Below are positions 41,327 to 51,332 of a stretch of 64,000 nucleotides of DNA, one piece after another (within the stretch, counting starts at the first letter, position 1; every line of letters starts with the position of its first letter). The stretch comes from Desulfobacterales bacterium. GTDB taxonomy: Bacteria; Desulfobacterota; Desulfobacteria; Desulfobacterales; UBA2174. Where the stretch lies: assembly GCA_963668645.2 (NCBI GenBank), contig CAXXWC010000019.1, positions 416,001 through 480,000 on the forward strand, in the 5' to 3' direction. Under the pieces are notes generated by a model. It saw only the letters and a list, made by a program, of their open reading frames with translations. It made no database searches and had not been told where the DNA came from. The translations under genes were made by a program, and so were the position numbers.

Positions 41327-42453
41327 ACAGTGGTCTTATCAAGTCGGAATCTGTGCAGCGGCCGATTCGGGTTCTGGTTGTGGATGATTCGGCTTTCCTC
41401 AGACGCACCCTGCCGAACCTGCTGGAAACGGACCCGGGCATCCGGGTGATCGGAACCGCCGAAAACGGGGCGGAGGCCATCCGGATGGTCAACGTCCTTC
41501 GGCCGGATGTGGTCACGATGGATGTGGTCATGCCGGTGATGGATGGGCTGGCGGCCCTGAAACAGATAATGCAGGAAATGCCCACACCGGTCCTGATGCT
41601 CAGCCACACGACTTACGAAAACGCCAGGCAGACCGTCGATGCACTGAGCTGTGGTGCCGTCGATTTCATCCCCAAACCCTCGGGGTCGGTCTCCCTGGAC
41701 ATCGCCACCATCCGCAAAACACTCATCGAAAAGGTCAGGATGGCCTATGCCAGCCGGCACACCCTCGACGCCTGCCGGACGCAGGCCGTACCCGGACTAA
41801 AAGCCGAAAGGCGCATAGATTCGCAGGCGTTGCCTCGGCCGATTGCCAGGGAGATTGTCGCCATTGCCGCCTCCACCGGCGGCCCTCCGGCCCTGGAAAA
41901 GGTCTTGGCGGCGCTGCCGAAAAGGTTCCCCGCCGGCATCGTCATCGTTCAGCATATTGCCCAGGGGTTCTCTGAAGCCCTGGCGGACAAACTCAACAGT
42001 GCCTGCGCCCTGACGGTAAAAGTCGCCGGCCACCTGGAGCCGATCCAACCCGGCACCGTTTTGCTGGCGCCATCAGGCCGGCAGGCCGCCGTAAAGCGGA
42101 TCGGCCGCTCGCTGCATCTGGTGCTTTCAGACGAACCCCGCGATATCCTCTACAAGCCGTCGGCGAACATCCTGTTCTCATCGGTGGCTGCCGCCTGCGG
42201 CCCCGGCGCCGTAGGCGTCATCATGACGGGAATGGGCAGCGATGGGGCGCAGGGCATCCGGCAGATCCGGGAATGCAACGGTACGACCATCGCACAGGAC
42301 GAAGCCACATCCCTGATATTCGGGATGCCGAAGGCGGCCATCGCATTGGACGCCATCAACATCGTTTCGCCCCTGGAACGGATCCCGTACGAAATCATGA
42401 ACACGATCCCATCGCAGGGCGGAGAAGATTTTTTGAATGGAGCGATGACGTGA
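41323..42453 (+). CDS. cheB: Chemotaxis response regulator/methylesterase
   Basis: REC domain plus catalytic triad motifs ASTGG, VQH, TGMGSDG and FGMP. Confidence 0.95.
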   Translation: MNSGLIKSESVQRPIRVLVVDDSAFLRRTLPNLLETDPGIRVIGTAENGAEAIRMVNVLRPDVVTMDVVMPVMDGLAALKQIMQEMPTPVLMLSHTTYENARQTVDALSCGAVDFIPKPSGSVSLDIATIRKTLIEKVRMAYASRHTLDACRTQAVPGLKAERRIDSQALPRPIAREIVAIAASTGGPPALEKVLAALPKRFPAGIVIVQHIAQGFSEALADKLNSACALTVKVAGHLEPIQPGTVLLAPSGRQAAVKRIGRSLHLVLSDEPRDILYKPSANILFSSVAAACGPGAVGVIMTGMGSDGAQGIRQIRECNGTTIAQDEATSLIFGMPKAAIALDAINIVSPLERIPYEIMNTIPSQGGEDFLNGAMT

Positions 42454-43490
42454 CCGACCACAAAAACGAACGCATTCAAATCAGCGCGCTTCGGGACATG
42501 TTTCACGTATACGAACAGATTTACGGGGAACTGTCCGCCTTGAAGCACATCGTTTTCGGCGCCACGCACCTGGCGGACATGGAAGGACTTGCCGTTCTTT
42601 TTTCCAGCCAGATACACGACAAAATCGTCCGCGCCCACAATGCCGTCTGGTTGACGTTGAACGGCGGCGAGGCGGCAGAGATCGCCAGAGACGGAGCGGC
42701 CGTATCGATTCAGGAGCGCCGGAGCGTGGATGCCGGACCGGCCTCGCCCCTGAACACGGTTCTCAATGAACAACGGGTTTTGTGGCCGCCCCTTGCGCCG
42801 GAACAGGGCCGGCTGTTTCCGGAATTTTCATCCCCTACCCTGTTTCCGATGAAAAGCTATTCCGGCGCACTGGGCTTTTTCGCCATCGACAGCGTCACTG
42901 AAGACAAGCGGGAGCTTTGCCAGTGGTTCGCCCAATTCGCCGCCATGATGCTCAACATTTCCAGCCTGCACCAGGAGGTTAAACAAAAGCACAAGGAACT
43001 GGAGGAAATGACCGAAATCCTCTTCATGCAGCAATCGCGACTGGCGGCCATCCATCACCTTGGCATGCAGATCATGGGCCTTGCCGACCGCCGGGATCTC
43101 GGCCGTAAACTGCTGGAAACAATAATCGCGGAGTTCGAAACGGATAAGGCCATTCTGTTGCTCCTCGAAGGGAGCGGCCTTTATCCCAACCGCCTGCTGT
43201 CCAAGGATTTCCCGCACGGCGAAGGTGAAATCCGCTTCCTTGCGGATGAAGAAGCGATACTGAAACGATGTCTCTCCTCGGGAAGAATCGTATCCCGAGA
43301 GGATTGTCCGGCAGTGACGACCTTCGGTCCCCACCGCCTTGTCGATTGGCGGCTCTTTCCATTGAAAGGCCGGACCCGGGCTCACGGCATTCTCGTGATG
43401 AACGCCCCTGGGGTGGAGGGAGACGACGCCATCGCGATCATGCTCAACCAGTGCGGGCTGGCACTGGACAATCTGGCCGCCGGTTCATAG
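42450..43490 (+). CDS. Hypothetical protein with two putative GAF-like modules
   Basis: GTG start overlaps the cheB stop. Two segments end in 'FP(M/L)K....(L/H)G(F/I)' strands typical of GAF folds and are joined by a coiled coil. Confidence 0.6.
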   Translation: MTDHKNERIQISALRDMFHVYEQIYGELSALKHIVFGATHLADMEGLAVLFSSQIHDKIVRAHNAVWLTLNGGEAAEIARDGAAVSIQERRSVDAGPASPLNTVLNEQRVLWPPLAPEQGRLFPEFSSPTLFPMKSYSGALGFFAIDSVTEDKRELCQWFAQFAAMMLNISSLHQEVKQKHKELEEMTEILFMQQSRLAAIHHLGMQIMGLADRRDLGRKLLETIIAEFETDKAILLLLEGSGLYPNRLLSKDFPHGEGEIRFLADEEAILKRCLSSGRIVSREDCPAVTTFGPHRLVDWRLFPLKGRTRAHGILVMNAPGVEGDDAIAIMLNQCGLALDNLAAGS

Positions 43491-43573
43491 CGGGTCAGAC
43501 ATCATCCTTGCAGCGGATAAACGATCACTTAATTAAGGCCGGATCAATCCAATATCGATAACGGAGCCCTGCC

Positions 43574-46500
43574 ATGGCGCGCATCCTGATTGTCGAAGAC
43601 GAGGCGGCGATCGCCCAACTGGTCAAAAAGATGCTGGAAGGCATGGATCACGGGCCTGTGGCGATCGCCGCCACCGGCCGGCAGGCCGTCCAAACGTGCC
43701 GGGATCAGGAACCGGACCTGGTGCTGATGGACATCTGCCTGCCGGGGCGCATGGATGGAATCGACGCGGCCCGGATTCTCAAAGACGAACTGAGTCTGTC
43801 GGTGGTTTACCTGACCGGCACCAACTCCACGACTATCCTGGAACGGGCCAAACAGACGGATCCCCTCGGCTACCTTGTCAAGCCGTTCAACCAGGTGCAG
43901 CTTCAGGCCACTGTTGAAATGGCACTGCACAAAAAGGAGGTGGAACACCGGATTCGCGAATCCAATCGCTTGCTGGAGGAGCAGGCGGCCGAATTGGCCA
44001 AGGCCTATGCACAATCCCGCCGGATCATGGAAGAAAAGGACAGGGCGCAGAATACGACCGACCAACTGGCCTCGTTTTCCCGCTCGAATCCATTCCCCGC
44101 TTTCCAGCTCGATGCCTCCTGCAATGTACTGTTCAGCAACCCGGCGGCGGACCGGCTGCTCGAAACAAGCCTGAAAGGGTTTGCAGACCGCCGTAATTTC
44201 TGCAGGGTCTTGTTCCAACCCTATCTGGCCCAACTGGCAGAGAAGAAAGAGCCGGTAACGGCCGAAATTACCATCGGGGACCGGCACTACCTGTTTACTT
44301 TCGTCTCCGTTGCGGATCCAAACCGCATCTACGCTTACGGAACCGACATCTCCGAACAGAAGGTGGCCGAGAAGGAAAGGGCCGACATTTTTGCCCTGCT
44401 ACTTTCGACCAACGAAGGCATGGCCCACGCTTTTCACATCCTGGAAAAAGTGGAACGGGCCCAAAGAGCCGAAACAGGCGGCGACATCATTCTGGAGGGG
44501 TTGCAACCGCCTTTGGGCACCTGCGAGGGCGGCGCCATCGTCCTGATGCAAAACCGGGAGCTGAAGGTGATCAGCTTGAGCGGCAGCGTCCCGGCGAACT
44601 GGTCAAAAGGGTTGGTGCTGCCCCCCGGTTCCTTCAACCGTTGCACCAGCGGCGAATGCCGGCATGATCAATGCCCCCTGGAACCGGAAGGATTCGGCCG
44701 CAGGCGCCACTGTTTCAAGTCGCACGTCAACGCGGATACGCTGGCGGCCGCCCTCCTGTGGGACCTTCAGACCCCGGAAGAAGACTACATTTCCCAGTAT
44801 TTCCGCCTCTGCTTCTCGGCCCTGTTCGGGTTGAATACCCGGCATCAGCTGCGCAAAGCCAAAAGGCTGCTCGAGGAGCAGTTCCGCGCCCTGCAGATCT
44901 CCGAAGAAAAATTCAAGACGCTGGTGACCACCGTGCCGGATATTGTCTACCGGATCGACCGCAACGGGATCTTCGAATTCGTCAACGAATCGATTTCGAG
45001 CCTCGGCTACACTCCTGAAGAACTGGTCGGAAAACATTTCAGTGAAATCATTTTTCCCATAGACGTGCGGCAGGTCAGCCGGGAAGAGGTGCTGCCACTG
45101 TACGCGGGCAAAACCACCGGCGACGGCAACGCCCCCAGGCTCTTCGACGAACGGCGCACCGGAGCCAGGCGGACCCACGGGCTCGAGGTCCGCCTGATAC
45201 CCAAGAAAGGGGCCATGGCGGGAACCTTTATGCTCGAAGCCCTCGTCGAAGATGTGGTGGTGGTGGAGGTCAACAGCTCCGGTCTGTACAGTACGCTCGG
45301 GGGCGACCAGGACAAGATGTTTGTCGGCACCGTGGGCGTGATCCGGGACATCACGGAGCGTAAAGAGCACGAACTGGCGCTGCGCAAGGCCAAAGACGAG
45401 GCGGACCAGGCCAGCAGGGCAAAGGGCGATTTTCTGGCCAACATGAGCCATGAAATCCGCACCCCCATGAACGCCATCACCGGCATGGCGCACCTGCTCG
45501 GCCAGACCGGATTGTCGCCGGCCCAGCAGCGCTATGTGGCCAACATCCATTCCGCCTCAACCAGCCTGCTGAATATCGTCAACGACATCCTGGACATCTC
45601 CAAAATCGAATCCGGCCGAATCGAGATCGAGTCCACCCGATTCATGCTGAACCAGGTTTTTAACAGCCTCTCGAACATGATTCGTTTAAAGGCCTATGAA
45701 AAAAAGCTGGAGTTTGTCATTGAAACCTCACCGGAGGTGCCGCTTGCCTTGGTCGGCGACCCCTTCCGCCTGGAGCAGGTGCTGTTGAACCTCATCGGCA
45801 ATGCGGTCAAGTTCACCGAGCGCGGTGAGGTGGACGTCTCGATCCAGCGCTTGTGGGAGGTGGACGGCAGGGTTCTGCTCCAGTTCTCGGTCAGAGATAC
45901 GGGTATAGGCCTGAACGCGGACCAGATCTCCCGGCTGTTCGATCCCTTCAGCCAGGCCGACACGTCGACTAGCCGCAAATTCGGCGGCACCGGCCTTGGG
46001 TTGGCCATCAGCAAGCGGCTGGTGCACCTGATGGGTGGCACGATCCGGGTGGAAAGCACGCCGGGACTGGGCAGCACCTTCATTTTCACCGCGGAATTCG
46101 GCACCACGGGCGAGGCGGAGCGCCGCCTCGCCCTGCCCTCCGCGGACATGGCGGGACTGCGGGTCCTGGTGGTGGACGACAATTCCACCGCGCTCCGGGT
46201 GATGACCCACTGCCTGGAATCTCTATCGTTCGTGGCCACCCCCGCGGCTTCCGGCGAAGAGGCGATCCGTGAACTGGAACGCGTGTGGGTTTCGCAAGCC
46301 GCCCCCTTCGACCTGGTGCTGATGGATTCGATGATGCCGGAAATGGACGGGTTGGAGGCGATCCGCCGCATTCGCGAACTGGAAACCTGCCGTTCATCTC
46401 TGCCCCCCGGTCCCCGGCCCCTTATTCCCGTCATTTTGCTCATTTCCGACGGTTGGAACGAGGACTGGCATGAGGCCGATACACTCGGCATAAAGGGGTT

Positions 46501-47716
46501 GCTGCCCAAGCCGGCCACTCAATCGACCCTTTTCGATGCCGTCATCGCCGTTTTCGGTCACGGAAACCCGCCGCAATCGGCACTGGAGGAAACGGTGATG
46601 CCGGTTCCCGAACAATTCGACGCCATTCGAGGCGCCGTTATCCTTGTGGTGGAAGACAACGAAACCAACCAGGAAGTGGCCAGGGGGTTGCTTGAAAATA
46701 CCGGGTTTCAGGTGGTCATGGCCGGCAACGGCAGGCAGGCCGTCGAGCGGTTCCGGCAACAGGACCAACCGCAGTTCGATGCCGTACTGATGGATCTGCA
46801 GATGCCGCAAATGGACGGTTACGAAGCCACCCGCCGCATCCGTGCCTGGGAGGCCGGTCGTTCATCCGAAGACACCGGTCGCCAAACGCCCATCCCCATC
46901 ATCGCCATGACCGCTGAGGTGGTGGGCGAAGTCAGGCGTCTGTGCACCGAAGCCGGAATGAACGACTATGTGAGCAAACCCGTCGACCCCAAAGAACTCT
47001 TCTCGGCATTGGCCCGCTGGATCACACCCGCAAACAGGCAGAATCCGCCCGCCGCAAAAGAGCGCATTGCCACGCAGGTCCCCACGTACCACGACCCGTC
47101 ATCCCTGCCCGATTCCCTGCCGGGGATCAACCTGCGCGGCGCCCTGAACAGGATCGGGGGCAATCAGTCCCTGTACCGGAAATTGCTTCGAAAATTTACC
47201 ACCGGTCATGCCGGTGAGGTGGAAGCGATCAGGGACGCCCTGAAATCCGGGGACGCAAAAACGGCGACCCGGCTGGCCCATACCCTGAAGGGGGTTGCCG
47301 GAACCGTCGGCGCCCAGACGCTTTCCGAGGCGGCCGCCATGTTGGAGGCGGCCCTCAAGAACCAGGACAACGACCTGGACGGACTTTTCGATCGAGTATC
47401 GGTCTGCCTGCAGACCGTTGTCCAGAGCATCACCTCACTGAATGGCCCCAAGGCGCAAACCCGGCCCGAGCCTGCCGGCAGACCGGGCAATATCCGCGAA
47501 ACGCTTTTACTTCTGGATGAACTCAAAGCACTGCTTGAAGACAACGATGCCGATGCCCTGCAAAAACTGGAGCTGGCCAGGGAAGCGTTGAAGGGGTCGG
47601 ATAAGATGAATGGTTTGGATTTGATCGAAGAGGCTTTGAGCGACTTTGACACCGAAACGGCCCTGGCGAAACTTGACCGCTTTGTCCGCCGGCTAAAAGG
47701 AACGGATAATGGCTGA
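43574..47716 (+). CDS. Cytoplasmic unorthodox hybrid histidine kinase (REC-PAS-?-PAS-HisKA-HATPase-REC-REC-HPt)
   Basis: REC LMDICLP, H-box FLANMSHEIRTP, GGTGLGL, REC LMDSMMP, REC LMDLQMP, HPt AHTLKG; no TM segment seen. Confidence 0.92.
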   Translation: MARILIVEDEAAIAQLVKKMLEGMDHGPVAIAATGRQAVQTCRDQEPDLVLMDICLPGRMDGIDAARILKDELSLSVVYLTGTNSTTILERAKQTDPLGYLVKPFNQVQLQATVEMALHKKEVEHRIRESNRLLEEQAAELAKAYAQSRRIMEEKDRAQNTTDQLASFSRSNPFPAFQLDASCNVLFSNPAADRLLETSLKGFADRRNFCRVLFQPYLAQLAEKKEPVTAEITIGDRHYLFTFVSVADPNRIYAYGTDISEQKVAEKERADIFALLLSTNEGMAHAFHILEKVERAQRAETGGDIILEGLQPPLGTCEGGAIVLMQNRELKVISLSGSVPANWSKGLVLPPGSFNRCTSGECRHDQCPLEPEGFGRRRHCFKSHVNADTLAAALLWDLQTPEEDYISQYFRLCFSALFGLNTRHQLRKAKRLLEEQFRALQISEEKFKTLVTTVPDIVYRIDRNGIFEFVNESISSLGYTPEELVGKHFSEIIFPIDVRQVSREEVLPLYAGKTTGDGNAPRLFDERRTGARRTHGLEVRLIPKKGAMAGTFMLEALVEDVVVVEVNSSGLYSTLGGDQDKMFVGTVGVIRDITERKEHELALRKAKDEADQASRAKGDFLANMSHEIRTPMNAITGMAHLLGQTGLSPAQQRYVANIHSASTSLLNIVNDILDISKIESGRIEIESTRFMLNQVFNSLSNMIRLKAYEKKLEFVIETSPEVPLALVGDPFRLEQVLLNLIGNAVKFTERGEVDVSIQRLWEVDGRVLLQFSVRDTGIGLNADQISRLFDPFSQADTSTSRKFGGTGLGLAISKRLVHLMGGTIRVESTPGLGSTFIFTAEFGTTGEAERRLALPSADMAGLRVLVVDDNSTALRVMTHCLESLSFVATPAASGEEAIRELERVWVSQAAPFDLVLMDSMMPEMDGLEAIRRIRELETCRSSLPPGPRPLIPVILLISDGWNEDWHEADTLGIKGLLPKPATQSTLFDAVIAVFGHGNPPQSALEETVMPVPEQFDAIRGAVILVVEDNETNQEVARGLLENTGFQVVMAGNGRQAVERFRQQDQPQFDAVLMDLQMPQMDGYEATRRIRAWEAGRSSEDTGRQTPIPIIAMTAEVVGEVRRLCTEAGMNDYVSKPVDPKELFSALARWITPANRQNPPAAKERIATQVPTYHDPSSLPDSLPGINLRGALNRIGGNQSLYRKLLRKFTTGHAGEVEAIRDALKSGDAKTATRLAHTLKGVAGTVGAQTLSEAAAMLEAALKNQDNDLDGLFDRVSVCLQTVVQSITSLNGPKAQTRPEPAGRPGNIRETLLLLDELKALLEDNDADALQKLELAREALKGSDKMNGLDLIEEALSDFDTETALAKLDRFVRRLKGTDNG

Positions 47717-48824
47717 TCGGCATGTCGATAAACAGACTGTGCTCGTTGTCGACGACGCCCCCGAACACATCGGCGTGCTTGTCGAAATCCTGCGCAGGGA
47801 CTACCGGGTCAAGTTCGCCGTCAGCGGTGAAAAAGCGCTTGCCATCGCGATGGTCAAAAGCCCTCCGGATCTTATCCTGCTGGATGTCGAAATGCCGGGC
47901 ATGGATGGTTATGAGGTATGCCGGCGGCTCAAGCAGAATCCGAACACACGCAAGATCCCGGTGATCTTCGTAACGGCCCTGAAGGAATCCGAGGCCGAGG
48001 AAAAAGGATTCGACCTGGGGGGCGTCGATTATATCACCAAGCCGATCAATCCGTCGATCGTGCGGGCACGGGTGAAGACCCATCTGGCACTTTACGACCA
48101 GAATCGGGTCCTGGATGAACTGGTCAAGGTCCGCACCGGTCAGCTGCGCAAAGCCCTCGAAACGATCAAGGGCGCCTCGCTCAATACCATTCACAAACTC
48201 TCCCGGGCCGCTGAATTCAAAGACGAAGACACCGGTGCCCATATTCTGCGCATGAGCAACTATGCGGCCGCGGTGGCCCGTAAATTGGGTTTGGATGGGG
48301 AGGCCATAGAAGCCATTTTATATGCGGCCCCCATGCACGATATCGGCAAGATCGGAACCCCGGACCGCATCCTGCTCAAACCCGGCAAGCTCAATGCACA
48401 AGAGTGGGAAATCATGAAGCAGCATGTGGCCAACGGCATAAGAATCCTGGAAGGTTCGAAAGAAGGCTTTATCCAAATGGCCAAAACCATCGTCCTGACC
48501 CACCATGAACGCTGGGACGGCAGCGGATATCCGAGCGGTTTGAAAGGGGAAGCAATCCCCATTGCCGGACGAATCGCAGCGATTGCCGATGTCTTTGACG
48601 CTCTGACATCCAAAAGACCCTACAAAGAGCCGTTTTCCGTAGACAAATCTTTTCGCATCATCAAGGAAGGCAGCGGCAACCATTTCGACACGCAGGTGGT
48701 AAACGCTTTCTTTTCTGCAATCGATGAGATCCTGGTCATCAAAGAACGATATAAAGATGACGGCGAAAGCCTGCTGTCCAAGCTTGCCGGCAGCGGGCAG
48801 CCGGGCAAACAGCCCCACTTCTGA
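47709..48824 (+). CDS. REC-HD-GYP response regulator (RpfG-like c-di-GMP phosphodiesterase)
   Basis: REC LLDVEMP; DTGAH, HDIGK, HHERWDGSGYP, DVFDALTSKRPYK. Confidence 0.93.
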   Translation: MADRHVDKQTVLVVDDAPEHIGVLVEILRRDYRVKFAVSGEKALAIAMVKSPPDLILLDVEMPGMDGYEVCRRLKQNPNTRKIPVIFVTALKESEAEEKGFDLGGVDYITKPINPSIVRARVKTHLALYDQNRVLDELVKVRTGQLRKALETIKGASLNTIHKLSRAAEFKDEDTGAHILRMSNYAAAVARKLGLDGEAIEAILYAAPMHDIGKIGTPDRILLKPGKLNAQEWEIMKQHVANGIRILEGSKEGFIQMAKTIVLTHHERWDGSGYPSGLKGEAIPIAGRIAAIADVFDALTSKRPYKEPFSVDKSFRIIKEGSGNHFDTQVVNAFFSAIDEILVIKERYKDDGESLLSKLAGSGQPGKQPHF

Positions 48825-48930
48825 ATCGGTCCGGATCGGATCATATCATTTGCCTTGATGTGGGCAATGGACCCAAGGTTCAAATTTTGGACACCCTCTC
48901 CATCCTCCTGGCCAAACCGAGGTGCCGGTC

Positions 48931-49887
48931 TCAGAGCACCTCTGGAGTGAAGGCCACCACTTCGTCGATGGCGGCCGCATCGGCAAAGAGCATCACCAGC
49001 CGGTCGATGCCCAGGGCGTTGCCGGCCGCCGGGGGCATGCGGGCCAGATCGGCAAGGAAGGGTTCGGCCACCGGGTAGACGGCCTTGCCGGCCCGGCGCC
49101 GGGCTTCGGCTTCAGCGGCAAAACGGCGCCGTTGTTCGGCCGGATCCGTCAGCTCGCTGAAGCCGTTGCACAGCTCAAGCCCTGCAATATAAAGTTCGAA
49201 GCGTTCGGCGACGCCCGGATCGTCTGGCCGCAGGCGGGCCAGGGCCGCGCAAGGGGCCGGATAGTCATACACGAACACCGGCCGCCCCCGTCCCAGACGC
49301 GGTTCGATCTCCAATCCCATGATCTCGTCGAAACGACCCTCTTCCAAGGCCCTGGGCGCAGAAATTTTCGCATAGCGCCTGAATGCTTCGGCTACGCTGA
49401 GCCGCTCCCAGGGCGGTGTCAGATCCACCTCGCCCTGCTGGTAGACCAGCTTTGTACCACGCCCCAGATCCCTGGCCACGGCAGGCACCAAAAGCTGGCA
49501 ATCGTCCATCAGATCCCGGTAGTTCTTTCCGGTGGCATACCATTCGAGCATGGTCAATTCCGGCAGATGCTTTCGGCCCCGCTCGCCGGCGCGAAAGCAA
49601 CGGCAGATCTGGAAGATCCGCCGGCACCCGGCCGCAAGCAGCCGCTTCATACAAAGCTCGGGAGAGCTTTGCAAAAACCAGCCATCCGCCGGGGGGGCAT
49701 CGATGTGCAGCTCGGGAGCCGGAGCCGGTATACGGCAGGGGGTTTCCACCTCCAGGTAGCCCTGGGCCTCGAAAAAACGACGCACCGCCCGGATCACGCG
49801 TGACCTGAGGCGCAAGCGCCGAATCAGGTCCTCGTTGCCTTGGCACAAAGCATCCATCTGCATCGGACTCCGGGAAAAGGTGTTCAT
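48931..49887 (-). CDS. epmA: EF-P beta-lysine ligase (EpmA/GenX); start uncertain
   Basis: LysRS catalytic-domain-only protein: EVETP, LQSSPELCMKRLL, HLPELTMLEWY, AERFELY..GLELCNGFSEL, ALGIDRL. Confidence 0.9.
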   Translation of the reverse strand: MNTFSRSPMQMDALCQGNEDLIRRLRLRSRVIRAVRRFFEAQGYLEVETPCRIPAPAPELHIDAPPADGWFLQSSPELCMKRLLAAGCRRIFQICRCFRAGERGRKHLPELTMLEWYATGKNYRDLMDDCQLLVPAVARDLGRGTKLVYQQGEVDLTPPWERLSVAEAFRRYAKISAPRALEEGRFDEIMGLEIEPRLGRGRPVFVYDYPAPCAALARLRPDDPGVAERFELYIAGLELCNGFSELTDPAEQRRRFAAEAEARRRAGKAVYPVAEPFLADLARMPPAAGNALGIDRLVMLFADAAAIDEVVAFTPEVL

Positions 49888-49900
49888 CACAGGAGGGTAT

Positions 49901-51232
49901 TCAAACCTTGGAATTGGCAGCGCCCTTGGTGCGGAACTTGTCCTTGGTGCGGTCCTGGAGAAAAATCTTTTCGAAATCTTTCGCCGCCGCCTGGTCGAAC
50001 CAGCGATACCCGGCTTCTTGGCAGGCGCGGCAGGCAAGCCGGGGGACGTGCACCGCCAGGATGCGCCGGCGCCGGTCCGAGGTGGAATCGATCTTCCAGG
50101 CCCCGCCACACTCCGTGCAGACCCGGATGGTTTCCTTCTGCCGTTCGAGGATGTTGTCCGTATCGTAAAAGAGTGTGCGTTCGCGCTCGACGAGCTGGCC
50201 GGCCTCCCCTGCCCGCTCGCGTAGCCGCTGGCGCTGGTCCCAGAGGGCCATCACCTCTTTGCAGGTCTCCTCGATACGCCGGGTCACCATCGCCGGTTGG
50301 CGGATGCGCTCCGGATCGTAGGCCGGCTCGCGTACCCGGCTGTAATCGACTCCGGCCAGGGCCAGAATGATCCCCACGTTGACGTAAGGCAGGGCCCCTT
50401 CGATGCTGTAGCCGCCTTCCAGTACGCAGATGTCCGGCTTGAGCCGGTCGGTGAGGGCCGCATAGCCCTGGGCCGAAAAATTCATGTTGGTGATGGGATC
50501 CGAGTAATGGTTGTCCTGGCCGGCGGAATTGACGATCAGATCGGGCTTGAACTCGCTCAGGATCGGCAGGATGGCATGATCCAGGGCGTAGAGGAACCCT
50601 TCTTCGCCGGTATGGGGCGGCAGGGGAATATTGACCGTGGTGCCCAGGGCGTTGGGACCGCCCAGCTCGTTGGTGAACCCGGTGCCCGGATAGAGGGTGC
50701 GCCCGTCCTGGTGCACCGAGATGAACAGGGTCTCCGGATCGTGCCAGTAAACATCCTGGGTCCCGTCGCCGTGGTGGCAGTCGGTGTCCACGATGGCGAC
50801 CCGCCGCACCTTGTAGCGGGCGCGCAGGAACTCGATCATGATCGCTTCGATGTTCACCGCGCAAAACCCGCGGCTGCCGTGGACCACCCGCATGGCATGA
50901 TGGCCGGGGGGGCGCACCAGGGCGAAGCCGCGTTCGACTTTGCGGTCCATTACCGCCATGCCGATTGTCTTGGCGCCTCCGGCGCTGATAAAATGCGATT
51001 CGGTCATCACCGCCCAGGGATCTGGGACGCAAAAATGCACCCGCTGCACATCGTCGATGGTCACCAGGTCCGGCTTGAATTCGCGGATTCCCTCGATGTC
51101 GAAAAGCCCTTCTTCAAAGACCTGGTCCTGGGTGTAGAGCAGCCGCTCCTCGCGCTCGGGATGGGTGGGGCTGATGGCCCAGTCGAAGGCCGGAAAAAAG
51201 ACCAGGCCGGTTTTATGTCTGGCGGTGAGCAT
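49901..51232 (-). CDS. Histone deacetylase/acetylpolyamine amidohydrolase family protein with C-terminal Cys extension
   Basis: HPE, RPPGHH, GFC, DTDCHHGDGT, SAGQD, LEGGY; tail has CxxC...CxxC. Confidence 0.9.
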   Translation of the reverse strand: MLTARHKTGLVFFPAFDWAISPTHPEREERLLYTQDQVFEEGLFDIEGIREFKPDLVTIDDVQRVHFCVPDPWAVMTESHFISAGGAKTIGMAVMDRKVERGFALVRPPGHHAMRVVHGSRGFCAVNIEAIMIEFLRARYKVRRVAIVDTDCHHGDGTQDVYWHDPETLFISVHQDGRTLYPGTGFTNELGGPNALGTTVNIPLPPHTGEEGFLYALDHAILPILSEFKPDLIVNSAGQDNHYSDPITNMNFSAQGYAALTDRLKPDICVLEGGYSIEGALPYVNVGIILALAGVDYSRVREPAYDPERIRQPAMVTRRIEETCKEVMALWDQRQRLRERAGEAGQLVERERTLFYDTDNILERQKETIRVCTECGGAWKIDSTSDRRRRILAVHVPRLACRACQEAGYRWFDQAAAKDFEKIFLQDRTKDKFRTKGAANSKV

Positions 51233-51332
51233 GGAATGCCTCGAAACGCTGCGGCGGTGGGACCCCATTGCAGCGGCCCATCAAAGATGATTCGATCTAT
51301 AAGTCCAACGGCCGATCCCGGCCCACAGCCGG

